The notes below the pieces were generated by a model. That model was given only the letters and a program-made list of their open reading frames with translations, had not been told where the DNA came from and did not search any database. The translations under genes and the position numbers were made by a program. A stretch of 64,000 nt of DNA from Octopus sinensis (Eukaryota): contig NC_042998.1 in assembly GCF_006345805.1 (NCBI RefSeq), forward strand, positions 27,714,001 to 27,778,000. Reading direction: 5' to 3'. The stretch's first letter is position 1. Every line of letters begins with the position of its first letter. Below are positions 25,798 to 38,033 of the stretch, in pieces.

Positions 25798-25992
25798 TAT
25801 TTGCTTTGAGAGGATCTATCACCTGGACCCATAGGGCATGAAAATACTCTCGTATTTATTGATAGAAACAGCTAGCTCATGTGATTTAACTCGCTTTTGG
25901 ACTCCTCAGTGACAGACATCCAGCAGTGATATAACGGCCGAATTTCAAAGTAAATAACTCGGTATTCTGTGTTCTAACTAGAACTCCACGTT

Positions 25993-26782
25993 GAGCTGGC
26001 AGAAACGTTAGCACGTCGGGCGAAAGGCTTAGCGGTATTTCGTCTGCCGTTACGTTCTGAGTTCAAATTCCGCCGAGGTCGACTTTGCCTTTCATCCTTT
26101 CGGGGTCGATTAAATAAGTACTAGTTACACACTGGGGTCGATATAATCGACTTAATCCGTTTGTCTGTCCTTGTTTGTTCCCTCTGTGTTTAGCCCCTTG
26201 TGGGTAGTAAAGAAATAGGTATTTCGTATGCCTTTACGTTCTGAGTTCAAATTCCGCCGAGGTCGACTTTGCCTTTCATCTTTTCGGGGTCGGTAAATTA
26301 AGTATTAGTTACGCACTGGTGTCGATGTAATCGACTTAATCCTTTGTCTCTCCTTGTTTGTTCCCTCTGTGTTTAGCCCCTTGTGGGTAGTAAAGAAATA
26401 GGTATTTCGCCTGCCGCTACGTTCTGAGTTCAAATTCCGCCGGGGTCGACTTTGCCTTTCGTCCTTTCGGGGTCGATTAAATAAGTACCAGTTACGCACT
26501 GGTGTCGATATAATCGACTTAATCCGTTTGTCTGTCCTTGATTGTCTGTCCTTGTTTGTTCCCTCTGTGTGTAGCTACTTGTGGGCAGTTATGAAATAGC
26601 TATTTCGTCTGCCGTTACATTCTGAGTACAAATTCAGTCGAGGTCGACTTTGCCTTTCATCCTTTCGGGGTCGATAAATTAAGTACCAGTTACGCACTGG
26701 GCTCGATGTAATCGACTTAATACCTTTGTCTGTCCTTGTTTGTCCCCTCTATGTTTAGCCCCTTGTGGGTAATAAAGAAATA
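25993..26782 (+). mobile_element. Family A SINE head-to-tail tetramer
   Basis: One headed unit plus three units of about 183-198 bp; junctions at 26217/8, 26400/1 and 26598/9 (GAAATA|GGTATTTC, GC variant at the third). Confidence 0.92.
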
Positions 26783-27080
26783 GAGAAATAAGAATGCCTT
26801 TTGGTATTTATTCTGCTTCTGCCGCTACCTATTATTTTTTAATTAGCCCACTGGCTATTTGATCCCTCTGGTAATATGATAGTGATATTCTATAAATCGT
26901 TGACGGGAGATCCGGCCGTTGTTCCGCTACGTGATGTCTATCACTATGTGATTAATATGCAACAAAGTAACATGCAACCTGGCGCAAGCTGAGGAGGCGT
27001 TGAGATTTGTCCAACAACTAAGTTATCGCCTGGTAAACCGATACGTAGGGGAAGATCGTAAATTAGCTTCTGAGATCATA

Positions 27081-27490
27081 GGTGCAGGAGTGGCTGTGTG
27101 GTAAGTAGCTTGCTTACTAACCACATAGTTCCGTTTTCAGTCCCACTGCGTGGCAGCTTCGGCAGGTGTCTTCTACTATAGCCTCGGGCCGACCAAAGCC
27201 TTGTGAGTGGATTAAGTAGACGAAAACTGAAAGAAGCCCGCCGTATATATAAATATGTATGTATGTATGTATGTATGTGTGTGTATATGTTTTTGCGTGT
27301 GTGTGTCCTAACATCGCTTGACGGCCGATGCTGGTGTGTTTACGTTCCCGTAACTTAGCGGCTCGGCAAAAGGGACCGATAGAATAAGTATTGGGCTTAC
27401 AAAGAATAAGTCCTGGGGTTGATTTGCTCAACTGAAGGCGGTGCTCCAACATGGCCGCAGTCAAAAATGACTGAAACAAGTAAAAAGAGT
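27081..27490 (+). mobile_element. Family B SINE
   Basis: Full-length match to the other B copies. Confidence 0.9.
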
Positions 27491-27620
27491 TAAGAGAGAG
27501 ATCATGATCATGATCTGGGTGGAGTACACTTGTGCCGCGACTGTTGTTTAATTTAAACCAACGATGATGGAACTGAATATGTGGCACGTCCATCTTCGTA
27601 CCCAACACAAGGACAAGTAG

Positions 27621-28031
27621 TTACTCTTACTCTTTTACTCTTTTACTTGTTTCTGTCATTTGACTGCGGCCATGCTGGAGCACCGCCTTTAGTCGAGCAA
27701 ATCGACCCCGGGACTTATTCTTTGTAAGCCCAGTACTTATTCTATCGGTCTCTTTTGCCGAACCGCTAAGTGACGGGGACGTAAACACACCAGCATCGGT
27801 TGTCAAGCAATGCTAGGGGGACAAACACAGACACACAAATATATACACACACACTTATATATATATACATATATACGACGGGCTTCTTTCAGTTTCCGTC
27901 TACCAAATCCACTCACAAGGCATTGGTCGGCCCGGAGCTATAGTAGAAGACACTTGCCCAAGGTGCCACGCAGTGGGACTGAACCCGGAACCATGTGGTT
28001 GGTTAGCAAGCTACTTACCACACAGCCACTC
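27621..28031 (-). mobile_element. Family B SINE, tail-to-tail with 27081-27490
   Basis: Full-length reverse complement of family B. Confidence 0.9.
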
Positions 28032-28894
28032 ATGATGATCATGGTGATGATGATGTTCAATCCAATTTAACTCACGACCGAGTGATTCGGCAAAAAAAAA
28101 AAAAAAAAGCCGATCGAAAAAGTTCCAGATTAAAACAATAGGCGCTGGCGTCGATTTGTTCTACTAACTGAAAATGAAGGTGCTGCAGTATGGCCGCAGT
28201 CCAAAGAACTAAAAACAAGTTAAAGAGTAAAATATGTGTTTGTGTGTGAGCTGAATCTAATTTCTCATACGCAAACGAGAAATTAGATTCAACCTATTTC
28301 TGTGTGTATTTTCATTTGTCTACCATCAGGCGTAGGTTTACGAAAATTAGATTGTTTCTTTTTAGAAAAATCCTGGTTATTTCTAGCTTCGTAATTGGAA
28401 TTTAGATAATATATGTCTCAAAAATTCTAATTATATTACCAACGTCACATTTTTCTTTGCTAACCAGACGTAAAAATATAATGATAAGTTTCAGGTTTTG
28501 AGAATATGTTTTGCATTATCTAATTGCAATAACAGCGCGAAGTCATAACAATGACTACAAAAATGAAAAAAAACAGTAAAAAAAAAAAAAAGAAGAAGCG
28601 GAGTGTGTATATGTAAAAAATATATGGAAGAATAAAGAGTGCCGCAATTGTCTTAGCTGCAGGCTATTTAGTTACTGGGAAGCTGTCGTTTTAAAAATTG
28701 TCATATTTTTCCTAGTGAAAAACTACGATAAAAATGAAACGGAATAAAAAAACAATAGAAGCATCATTACTGATAGACAAATAACTACCGGTTTGCATGC
28801 AAAACCAATAATAACTTTCAATTGAAAGTTTTGGCGCGTTGTTTGAAAGATCGAGTTCATCTCTCGCTCGCTGCACTCTGCAAATTGCTTTTGG

Positions 28895-29282
28895 TTACTC
28901 TTTTATTTTTACTTGTTTCAGTCATTTGACAGCGGCCATGCTGGAGCACCGCCTTTAATCGAGCAACTCGACCCCGGGACTTATTCTTTTGTAAGCCCAG
29001 TACTTATTCTATCGGTCTCTTTTGCCGAACCGCTAAGTTACGGGGACATAAACATACCAGCATCGGCTGTCAAGCAATGCTAGGGGGACAAACACAGACA
29101 CGCATACATATATATACATATATACGACGGGCTTCTTTCAGTTTCCGTCTACCAAATCCTCTCACAAGGCTTTGGTCGATCCGAGGCTATAGTAGAAGAC
29201 ACTTGCCCAAGGTGCCAAGCAGTGGGACTGAACCCGGAACCATGTGGTTGGTAAACAAGCTACTTACCACACAGCCACGCCT
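28895..29282 (-). mobile_element. Family B SINE
   Basis: Full-length reverse complement of family B. Confidence 0.9.
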
Positions 29283-29746
29283 GATTTAAATTCAAGAGGC
29301 GTCTCTCGCGCTTTCCTTGTCAAGAACTACTCATTAATGTAATGGTTTTCCTCATCATTATAGGAGTAATTTGAATCAATTAAAATTTCATATAAGCTGA
29401 CTATAAAAAGTTTATTAGCTTTCACTTTAGGTTCTTCATTGTAGACGGTCTTGAGTATTTTTCTTTAGTAATTCCATTAAATTATAATCTAACTCGATGT
29501 TCACATTCAATATTTCAATATCCTTTCTAGTCATTCTATAATCTAGAAATATTTTTGTATCATTGTTTGCTGACGAGGTCTAATAAGATCTAAACTTGTT
29601 CAGCGTTATTAACATGCTCCCAAACGACCAGAATTAGTAGAATAATAGTAATTTCTATTAACTGAAATTGTTTGGTCCATCATTTGATCATAAGGAGTTT
29701 GCAAATCTAGTATCCAATTTCGGCTTCGAACTTATTATTGGAGCAA

Positions 29747-29990
29747 CAGGGGTTGGACAAAGTAATGGAAACACCTTAAAATTTCAAACAAATTTATTTT
29801 AATATGGAGTAGGATCGCCTTTGGTAGTAATTACAGCTTGAATTCTACGAGGTATGGGCTCAGTAGGACCGCCTTTGGTAATAATTACAGCTTGAATTCT
29901 ACGAGTATGGACTCGTACAAACTTGGAATCATGGGGAGAGAATGCAAATCCTTAATATATATGTTACAAATGGTCACGATGTCTGGGACT
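29747..29990 (-). mobile_element. Tc1-like transposon right end with transposase C-terminus remnant
   Basis: TIR CAGGGGTTGGACAAAGTAATGGAAACACC (29747-29775); minus strand encodes IPRRIQAVITTKGDPTPY* (stop 29799-29801), the typical Tc1 C-terminus; a 54-bp segment is tandemly duplicated. Confidence 0.85.
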
Positions 29991-30113
29991 ATAAAAATTT
30001 CAAAGACCTTAAAATTTAAAGGACGATGGTCAGAAGAAGACACCTCCCTTCATAACATTGCTGCCAGGTAGGTGGCCGGTTAAACTTTATGCCAAAAATA
30101 AAAAGAGAAAGAG

Positions 30114-30147
<34 letters not shown>

Positions 30148-30524
30148 ACACACATCCGAGAAAGCACAGATCAGTTAAAGTATTAAAGTAATAAAGTTAA
30201 TGTCTGGACATAGAGTGACCATTGGTTTTTCATTCACAAAGGCCTCACAGATGTCTCATCAGACAACGATAACTCTCCACCACTGAGAGGCAGAAATCCA
30301 TTACAGTCATTTGTCATTTGTTCATCAAAGAATAAGAGCACGGTGTCAGTGAGGACGAGTAAAATCCTTTAGACCAGTTATTTGTAGGCAGGGAGAGGAG
30401 GAAGAAGGGATTTATCCCTTGGGTTGCTTTTGGATCGTAAGGACTCTTCCGGGATTAGTCTTAAAACGAGGAACCGCATGCTGAAAGCATGAGATAGAAT
30501 TTGATGCAAGGGATGAATGTTTCT

Positions 30525-30851
30525 TAGTGAGTATTCAGTGAACCAGGTTTCAGGGAATCCTTAAGTGTGCTAGCTCGATCGGCCATGCAAAGCATGCAAC
30601 TTACGCTACCGCGCAAGTGGCTGAGTACTCTACAGACACGTAGAACCTTAATGTAGCTCTCGGGGAGATTCAGCGTGACACAGAGTAGTGAAAGAGTACG
30701 GCAGGTTTCGCCACCTCCCCCCTCTACCGGAGCCTCGTGGAGCTTTAGGTGTTTTCGCTCAATAAACATTCACAACGCCCGGTCTGGGAATCGAAACCAC
30801 GATCCTACGACCACGAGTCCGCTTCCCTAACCACTGAGCCATAGCGCCTCC
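30525..30851 (-). mobile_element. Family C-type SINE, variant C2 (tail region diverged)
   Basis: Family C head; GCAAGTGGCTGAGTACTC...CAGCGTGACACAGAG body shared with 47361 and 48120. Confidence 0.8.
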
Positions 30852-30873
30852 ATTCACACAAACACACACAGAC

Positions 30874-30931
<58 letters not shown>

Positions 30932-30942
30932 GTGTGTGTGTG

Positions 30943-30981
<39 letters not shown>

Positions 30982-32263
30982 CTGTGTAATCTGTGTATGT
31001 ATGTGTGTGTGTGCGTGTGTTTGCATGCACAGATGTATTCAAATTAAGAAGACGATTCCAAGTATATTTTAATGGGGGCGGAGAGAAAGAATGAGAAGGC
31101 GGAGGTTAGCGAGTGTATATTGTTCAGTTGTTATCATCTTCGACAATGGTGGGTGTATTCAGTTTTATTATATATATATATATACAGCTGCAAATAAATA
31201 AGACATCGTATGATATTAATTTGTAACTCAAAGTTTTTTAGTTAGATTTTGTTGGTTTCACTATTATTTGACATTAGAAGGGAAACAAACATGTTTGTTT
31301 CTTATCTTTACATATTGTCTATTACAGAAATTAAATTGAATCTCCAGGCAAGTAATCTATTTTCCCCCGTTTTCTTCCTCTTGTTAAAAGAAAAGAACAT
31401 CTCCAGAAAGCTCAGTCTACCTCTCTGCCATTTATTTCTATAAAGGTTCGTTCGTATTTCGAGAATATTACATTAAAAGATTTAAATGCGCAGCAGGAAG
31501 CAATGTATTATGAATAAAGAGGAAAAAATTCCCGCATTGAAGATTTAGCTTGCTTTTAATATTGTTCTCTAATTCAATTATATTCTTCTAGACAAGTTGA
31601 TACCGAAATATAGATTTCTCTTTCCTTAATTTCTTCTCATTTTAAATCGCTTCTCTGCGTTTTCTGTCGACTAAGCTATTTTGATATATCTGTATCTTTG
31701 TAAATCAGTTAATTTGGGAAATAAGTCCCCAGTACTCACTTCTCAAAATCACATTTTAAGGCAATTCAGACATTGTGAAAATACTTCTTTTTTTTCAAAC
31801 CCGCTATATTTTGTACATTTTGAATTGCCCCCTGGTTTTTCATTGCATATTTTCAGCAGTTCATTTTATATGGTTCTCTCATTTTATATTATATTGATGT
31901 TTCAGGTATAATTACTTTTTCTTTTCAATCTATCACATATCACTTTTTTGTTTCATTCTTTAATCAGAATTCTGGAGTTATATATGTATATATAGATATA
32001 TACATAGTAAAGTAACAAAAGAAAAAAAAACACAAACAACTCGGTAACTCCAGAACCTTAAAAATTCTGCCCTTATAGAGCATACATAGTAATACACAAG
32101 CAGCTATGAGAAGTTAAGTAAAAGTAAAAATACAGAGGGAAAAATATATTTATTTCTCAAGAAGTAAAGGAATTTTAAAGGAAGATTGGGAAGAATTTCC
32201 GCTAGTAATGGTTTCTGATATGTCAAAACAATATTAAAACAAACAAACAAACACACATACATA

Positions 32264-32295
<32 letters not shown>

Positions 32296-32340
32296 CATAC
32301 ACACATACATGCATGTACGTATATTAAAAATATATACGTT

Positions 32341-32372
<32 letters not shown>

Positions 32373-32412
32373 CATACACACACATATGAACATATATATA
32401 CACATATACATG

Positions 32413-32501
<89 letters not shown>

Positions 32502-32680
32502 TATATATATATATATAATATATATTATATATATATAAAAGAGATAATGGTGTCATTGAAACCCAAAGGTGTCAGGTGATGCTGAATAAGTGCTATAGAC
32601 AGACCATAGTTAAGTTCTAGATTCGGTAATATTGCGAATAAAGGGTTCAACGTTGGTTCTATGTCAGCGTGTGTATATTT

Positions 32681-32778
32681 GAAGTTTTTTGCGTAATGAG
32701 ATAAAAACCAAGGCTGTATCTATAAATGCTCTAATATCTATACAGCGTTGTTTTTTTATCTCATTACGCAAAAAATTC
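32681..32778. repeat. Imperfect palindrome, about 35-40-bp arms
   Basis: TTTTTGCGTAATGAGATAAAAACCAAGGCTGTAT ... ATACAGCGTTGTTTTTTTATCTCATTACGCAAAAA. Confidence 0.85.
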
Positions 32779-33344
32779 ATATATATATTATATAATATAT
32801 ATATATATATATTATATAGATCAATAAATGGTGAGGTTTTGTTGACCGCACGTGGAGAAATGATAAGCAAGGAAAAATTGTAAAAATGCAGAATGCTAAA
32901 TTGAAAGAGAATTTTAATGAAATGAGAAATTGATAAAATATATAAATATATATTAATTCAAACCGGTTTTCGTCATAATGTGACTTTTCAAGAATTGTAA
33001 GGGGAAAATTTTTTTTTTTAAGTGAGAAAGGGCAAAAAAGAAAATTGCATTGTTTTTTGCAAAAGAATAATAATAAATATGTACAAAAATTAAAAAATAA
33101 GTACTCCGATACATTGTGAATTCTTTGTGAATTTTGCAAACACATAACTATAAACAACAAAAAACGATGATTAAGTAATGTGCAAAATAAAACGTATATA
33201 TTTAGTAGAATAATTCAATTTTTCATTATTGAATTGATAAAAGGCGTTTTTTTTTTCCAATTCATATCTATATATTATATTTTGTGAAATTTGATTTAGT
33301 ATTTCTAAACTGAATTTTTCCCTGTAAGTTTGGAATAATATTCC

Positions 33345-33401
<57 letters not shown>

Positions 33402-33505
33402 CATACACATACACACACATACATACATCCATATATATATTATACATACATATACATATATACATATATATACATACATATATATTCATATATATACATA
33501 CATAT

Positions 33506-33536
<31 letters not shown>

Positions 33537-33552
33537 AACACATATATGTATG

Positions 33553-33826
33553 TGGGGCACATGGCCTAATGGTTAGAGCAGCGGACTCAAGGTGGAGAGA
33601 ACGCGAGTTCGAATCTAAGATGGGGTGATGTGTGTGTTTATGGGTGAAACCGCTAAGCTCCACTAGGCTCCGGCAGAAGGTAATGGCAAACTTCTGCTGA
33701 CATTTCGCCTGCAACTTACTCTCACGCTTTCCTCCTGCATCTAGCAGAGTTGGGGAGCCTATCCACCAATGAAACCAGGAAACCGACACTTTTGAGCCAG
33801 GCATGGCTGGAGAAGGAACAAACAAC
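33553..33826 (+). mobile_element. Family C-type SINE, variant C3
   Basis: Family C-like head and AAGCTCCACTAGGCTCCGGCAG body, with tail GAGCCAGGCATGGCTGGAGAAGGAACAAAC. Confidence 0.8.
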
Positions 33827-33877
33827 ACACATATATATGCTATATCTATATTTTATAGATATTAAATCTATTTGTTG

Positions 33878-34072
33878 TGGAGGCGCGTGGCTTAGTGGTG
33901 AGGGTTTTGAACTAATGACCGTAATGTTGTGGTTTCGATTCCTGGACCGGGCAATGCGTTATGTTCTTGAGCAAAACACTTCATTTTCACGTTGCTCCAG
34001 TTCACACAGCTGACAAAAATGAGTAATGCTGCGATGAACCGGCCCTTATGAGCCTGGCATGGCTCGAGAAAG
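33878..34072 (+). mobile_element. Family D SINE
   Basis: GGAGGCGCGTGGCTTAGTGG head, family D central domain, tail ATGAGCCTGGCATGGCTCGAGAA shared with C3. Confidence 0.8.
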
Positions 34073-34397
34073 TACATTTATTTTATATCTATATGTTGCA
34101 TCAATTTATAAAGTATATAATATAAAAACCATATATAAATTATACACATATGTATATATGTGTGTGTATATATATATATGTGGGTATGTGCGCTTTTCTT
34201 CGTGTTTGTGCGCTCCACCGGTGCCCGACAACTGGTAGAGGGCAAGTGGTTAAAATAAATTGTCACACACATTTTATACAATTTTCTTTATTCATTTTTG
34301 TAGTCTATACAGTACTTTAAAAAATATGTTCTTATGTTATTTCCATTCTACAAACACTCACCGCCACCACACAAACATACACGTCTGTATATGAATG

Positions 34398-34445
<48 letters not shown>

Positions 34446-34928
34446 ACATGTATAGTTACAAGCGTATGTATCGACACATAATCCAGATTCTAAAAACAAG
34501 TAATGAAGACAATTTGGAGGCTGTATTAATTTTTAAAATATGTTTTTCACTCATTATTTTAATCGGATTATTTATAAAAGCTTTCTAAAATTTTAATAAG
34601 TGCCTTTTCCCACGAATATCTAATAGTCATAAGTATATTCCAAAATCGTTTGTTTGTTTTAATTAAGATTTTTCTAAATGTTAGTTCATATCTCAATATA
34701 TAATGTAAATATATATTGAGACGGGAGAGATACTTGACATTCACTGCTATAATTGATAATAATATTTTCTTCATTTCATGTGTGCAAGAAATGTAAAATT
34801 TATCTCACAAAGGGGCTTCTTTCTATGACGAAATTCATTTTACGAAAAAAAAAATTCCTCTTCATTTTATTTTACTTTTATCGTAATTTAATCATACAAT
34901 TCCCTTACACTTACATATATTCCCAATA

Positions 34929-35306
34929 TCTTTATATATAAAAGAAAGGTTATGTGTCTGTCTACTCCGATTTAGATTCCTAACTACTCCCACATTTTGT
35001 GGTGCAGGGTATCTTATAGTCGTGATTCATATCGAGCCCTTCTGGGTATTAGCGCGCGTCTACGATGAGTCTACGATTTTAAAAATAATTTACCATCATT
35101 ATTTTCCATTTTAATGCATATTTTTTAAATATAAGGGATGTAACTCACTAAAAATATCTACATTGAGTCAACGATTTAAAAAAAAATTTACCATATTTTT
35201 TTTTCATTTTTAATGCATTTTTTGCTATTTTTTGGCTATAACTCTCTAAAAATGCTTTATAGTTATTTCCCTTACAAACCCGAGCAACGCCGGGCGATAC
35301 TGCTAG
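34929..35306 (+). mobile_element. Non-autonomous Helitron
   Basis: A|TCTTTATATATAAAAG ... CCCGAGCAACGCCGGG (hairpin 35279-35294) CGATACTGCTAG|T. Confidence 0.9.
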
Positions 35307-36160
35307 TTTCATATAATTTATTTCCTGTCGTAAATAATCCGAAATAAAATTTAAACATTGTTTAATTTTTGCATCCTACATTATAAAACACAACTCTACA
35401 TCAACATTTCTCTTACAAAATCCTAAAAAATATATTCTTGACACTTAAATTTGTACTTGTACTTGTTACCTTTTGAAACAAGTTTCCATTTTTAAGAACT
35501 ACAGAAAATGTAAAGTGGATTGAAGCGACGATGTGTATATCTGTTATTTATTCTGATAAATATCAGTGATGAAAGAGAATAGTGAAACAAGAAACAGGCT
35601 GCAAATTAAAGAGTTTCTTTTCTTCTCTAAAACTGCGAGGAAGACGAAAGAAAAGTATAAGTGTTGTAAGATAACTCTCCTACTTGTGATTATCCAACAC
35701 AAGAGCACGATAGGTGTGTGTGTGTGTTTTTGTGTATAAATATACCATATTTGGTCATAAAATAATAGTTTATAAAATAGAAGTTTAGAAGTTCGCGTAG
35801 GTGCAGTCGTAATGCTGAAGATGGTGATGGTAGCAGTATAAGCAAATGTTGTCGGTAGTTTAAGATGAAATGAAAAGAAGTTTGAGAATCATATTTATTG
35901 CTATCTGTTAATTGCGATAGAGTGTTAGCAAGTATATATACATCTCTATGAGAGAGAAAGAAGCGCAAGAAACTCAAGAGCGTATCCTCTACGTGATGAA
36001 CCAGACTGAAAACTGAAATGAACGTTGACATGTAATGAAATCCATGTTTTATGTAATTGTACAAAGCAGTCCTAATAAGTTAATTTGGTAAGTTCCACGC
36101 GGAAACCAAGTTCCGCTGAAGTTTGCCAACATCACCATTGACTATCATCGAATACGATTG

Positions 36161-36518
36161 GGATTAAGTCGATTACATCGACCCCTGGGCGTAACTGGTA
36201 CTTAATTTATCGACCCCGAAAGGATGAAAGGCAAAGTCGACCTCGGCCGAATTTGAACTCAGAACGTAGCGGCAGACGAAATACCTATTTCTTTACAATC
36301 CACAAGGGGCTAAACACAGAGAGGGCAAACAAAGACAGGCAAACGGATTAAGTCGATTATATCGACCCCGGTGCGTAACTGGTACTTATTTAATCGACCC
36401 CGAAAGGATGAAAGGCAAAGTCGACCTCGGCGGAATTTGAACTCAGAACGTAACGGCAGACGAAATACGGCTACGCATTTCGCCCGGCGTGCTAACGACT
36501 CTGCCAGCTCGCCGCCTT
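36161..36518 (-). mobile_element. Family A SINE dimer (3'-truncated)
   Basis: Junction GAAATACC|TATTTC at 36285/36286. Confidence 0.9.
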
Positions 36519-37794
36519 AATGACAATACCAATATTAAGAAAAAAATTACAGAATGATTCAGATTGAGACGGAGATGCTATGAGATCGAATCTAGAAAGC
36601 AATCTGTTGGAAGTTAAACTTAGATTTTAATGCTTAAAATTACAAGTAAAACATAAAAAGATAAATCAGTCATCTTAGCGCGTTTCATAAAATATATTCC
36701 TGATCAGAGTAAGCAACTTTGGACACGAGTTCAAAAGTTCATCTGTGAAAAATAGTAGCCACATCATTACTTAAATCACCTTCTACCCTCTTAAAATCAC
36801 AGTGGACAATATCATCCCCGACTTCGCTGTACTGGAGATCATTGCTTCCACGCATTTGTGCACAGGCTTTCTCTGTAGTAATAATAAAATTTTACTCCTA
36901 TTTCATCGTTCAGTGACAATGATTAATTAGCGTAATCGATGTTGTTTAGTACCAAGCATTATACAACTCCAATCCATGTAGCAACATCAGCTGCACATAT
37001 CGCATGGTGAAGAAATATAATAAAGGATGATAAATGGACAATGACAGCTCAATAAATGCTACTAATTTTCAGCTAGCATGGCAGTTCATTAGCAATTAAT
37101 GTTTGATTCCCTAAGTTAATTTTCAGCCCCTCCTACCATTGATATTATCAAAGGGTACTCCTTCTGATGTTTTCCCGAGATCTGGCTTTCTTTGGAGTCG
37201 ATTATTTTCCTCCGATGGTTAGGAAATGTCTGAAGAAAACAGCGGTGATTTTAACGTATGTAATATATTAATTGCGAATAAATTGCCATGCCACTGAAAC
37301 ATTCGTTGTACGTATTGAACTTTCATTATCCACACACACACGCTCACACACGCACGCGCGCGTGCATAAATGTGTATACAGAGAGAGGGAAATATTGGGA
37401 GAGAACTCTTATAATTTAGAATTTGCTAGTATTTCTTACACCTCAGGTGTATATGGCGGCTCGAAATGTCATCCACATTTCCCCCTTCTCACGACAAACT
37501 ATTATAACCAACGTTTGTATTTAGTAGAGTCTTTATGCGAGCTTAACTACTTTCCGAAGATTGTATAGTTTCCCATACATACAATATGTCTGGGAAAATT
37601 TCGGATTTTGGTCTGGTGAAAATCCTTTTGTTCATAGGATTGCTACATTGTGTAAGCCTGATGCAAAATAACCATACACTATACGCTCACCAACAATACC
37701 TGCAGTAATAACACGAAACACTCCAAAGATATGATGCACCTGTATGCTATCTCTTCGTTCTGCATCTTCTACACTTTCAACTACAGTCGGTTCT

Positions 37795-38033
37795 AGTTAG
37801 TTAGTTAGTTAGTTAATTTGGCTCAAAAGCAAATAGCAAGGCCATGTAGGGGGACATGGAGTTAAGTACAGGGTGGTGTTCATGTAAAGAGTTCAGGCCA
37901 CTTGAGGTCCAGGGAGGCTTTGAACAAAGCGGTCGTCGGCATCTTCACCATCTCGTCTGGCAGCTTGTTCCACGGATCCGCAACCCGGACGGAGAAAGCT
38001 CCTCTCCTTCGATTAAGATGAAATCGTCGCAGG
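37795..38033 (-). mobile_element. CR1-clade LINE 3' end (5'-truncated)
   Basis: Minus strand 38032-37880 encodes LRRFHLNRRRGAFSVRVADPWNKLPDEMVKMPTTALFKASLDLKWPELFT*, the CR1 ORF2 C-terminal WNxLP...FK..LD motif; short 3' UTR and (TAAC)n tail. Confidence 0.88.

Noticed and set aside
21274-26782. CRISPR-like arrays (14-bp minisatellite, SINE-A tetramer)
   Set aside because: No unique spacers, no cas genes, and a eukaryotic context.
17810-29289. Recurrent ORFs such as MLGGQTQT...RRASFSFRLPNPLTR and [22 protein letters not shown]
   Set aside because: These are antisense readings of SINE families B and A; the repetition reflects the repeat, not a protein family.
30241-30357. 117-nt open frame between AG and GT (GLTDVSSDNDNSPPLRGRNP...)
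   Set aside because: Weak acceptor, low-information peptide, and an open frame of this length is plausible by chance.
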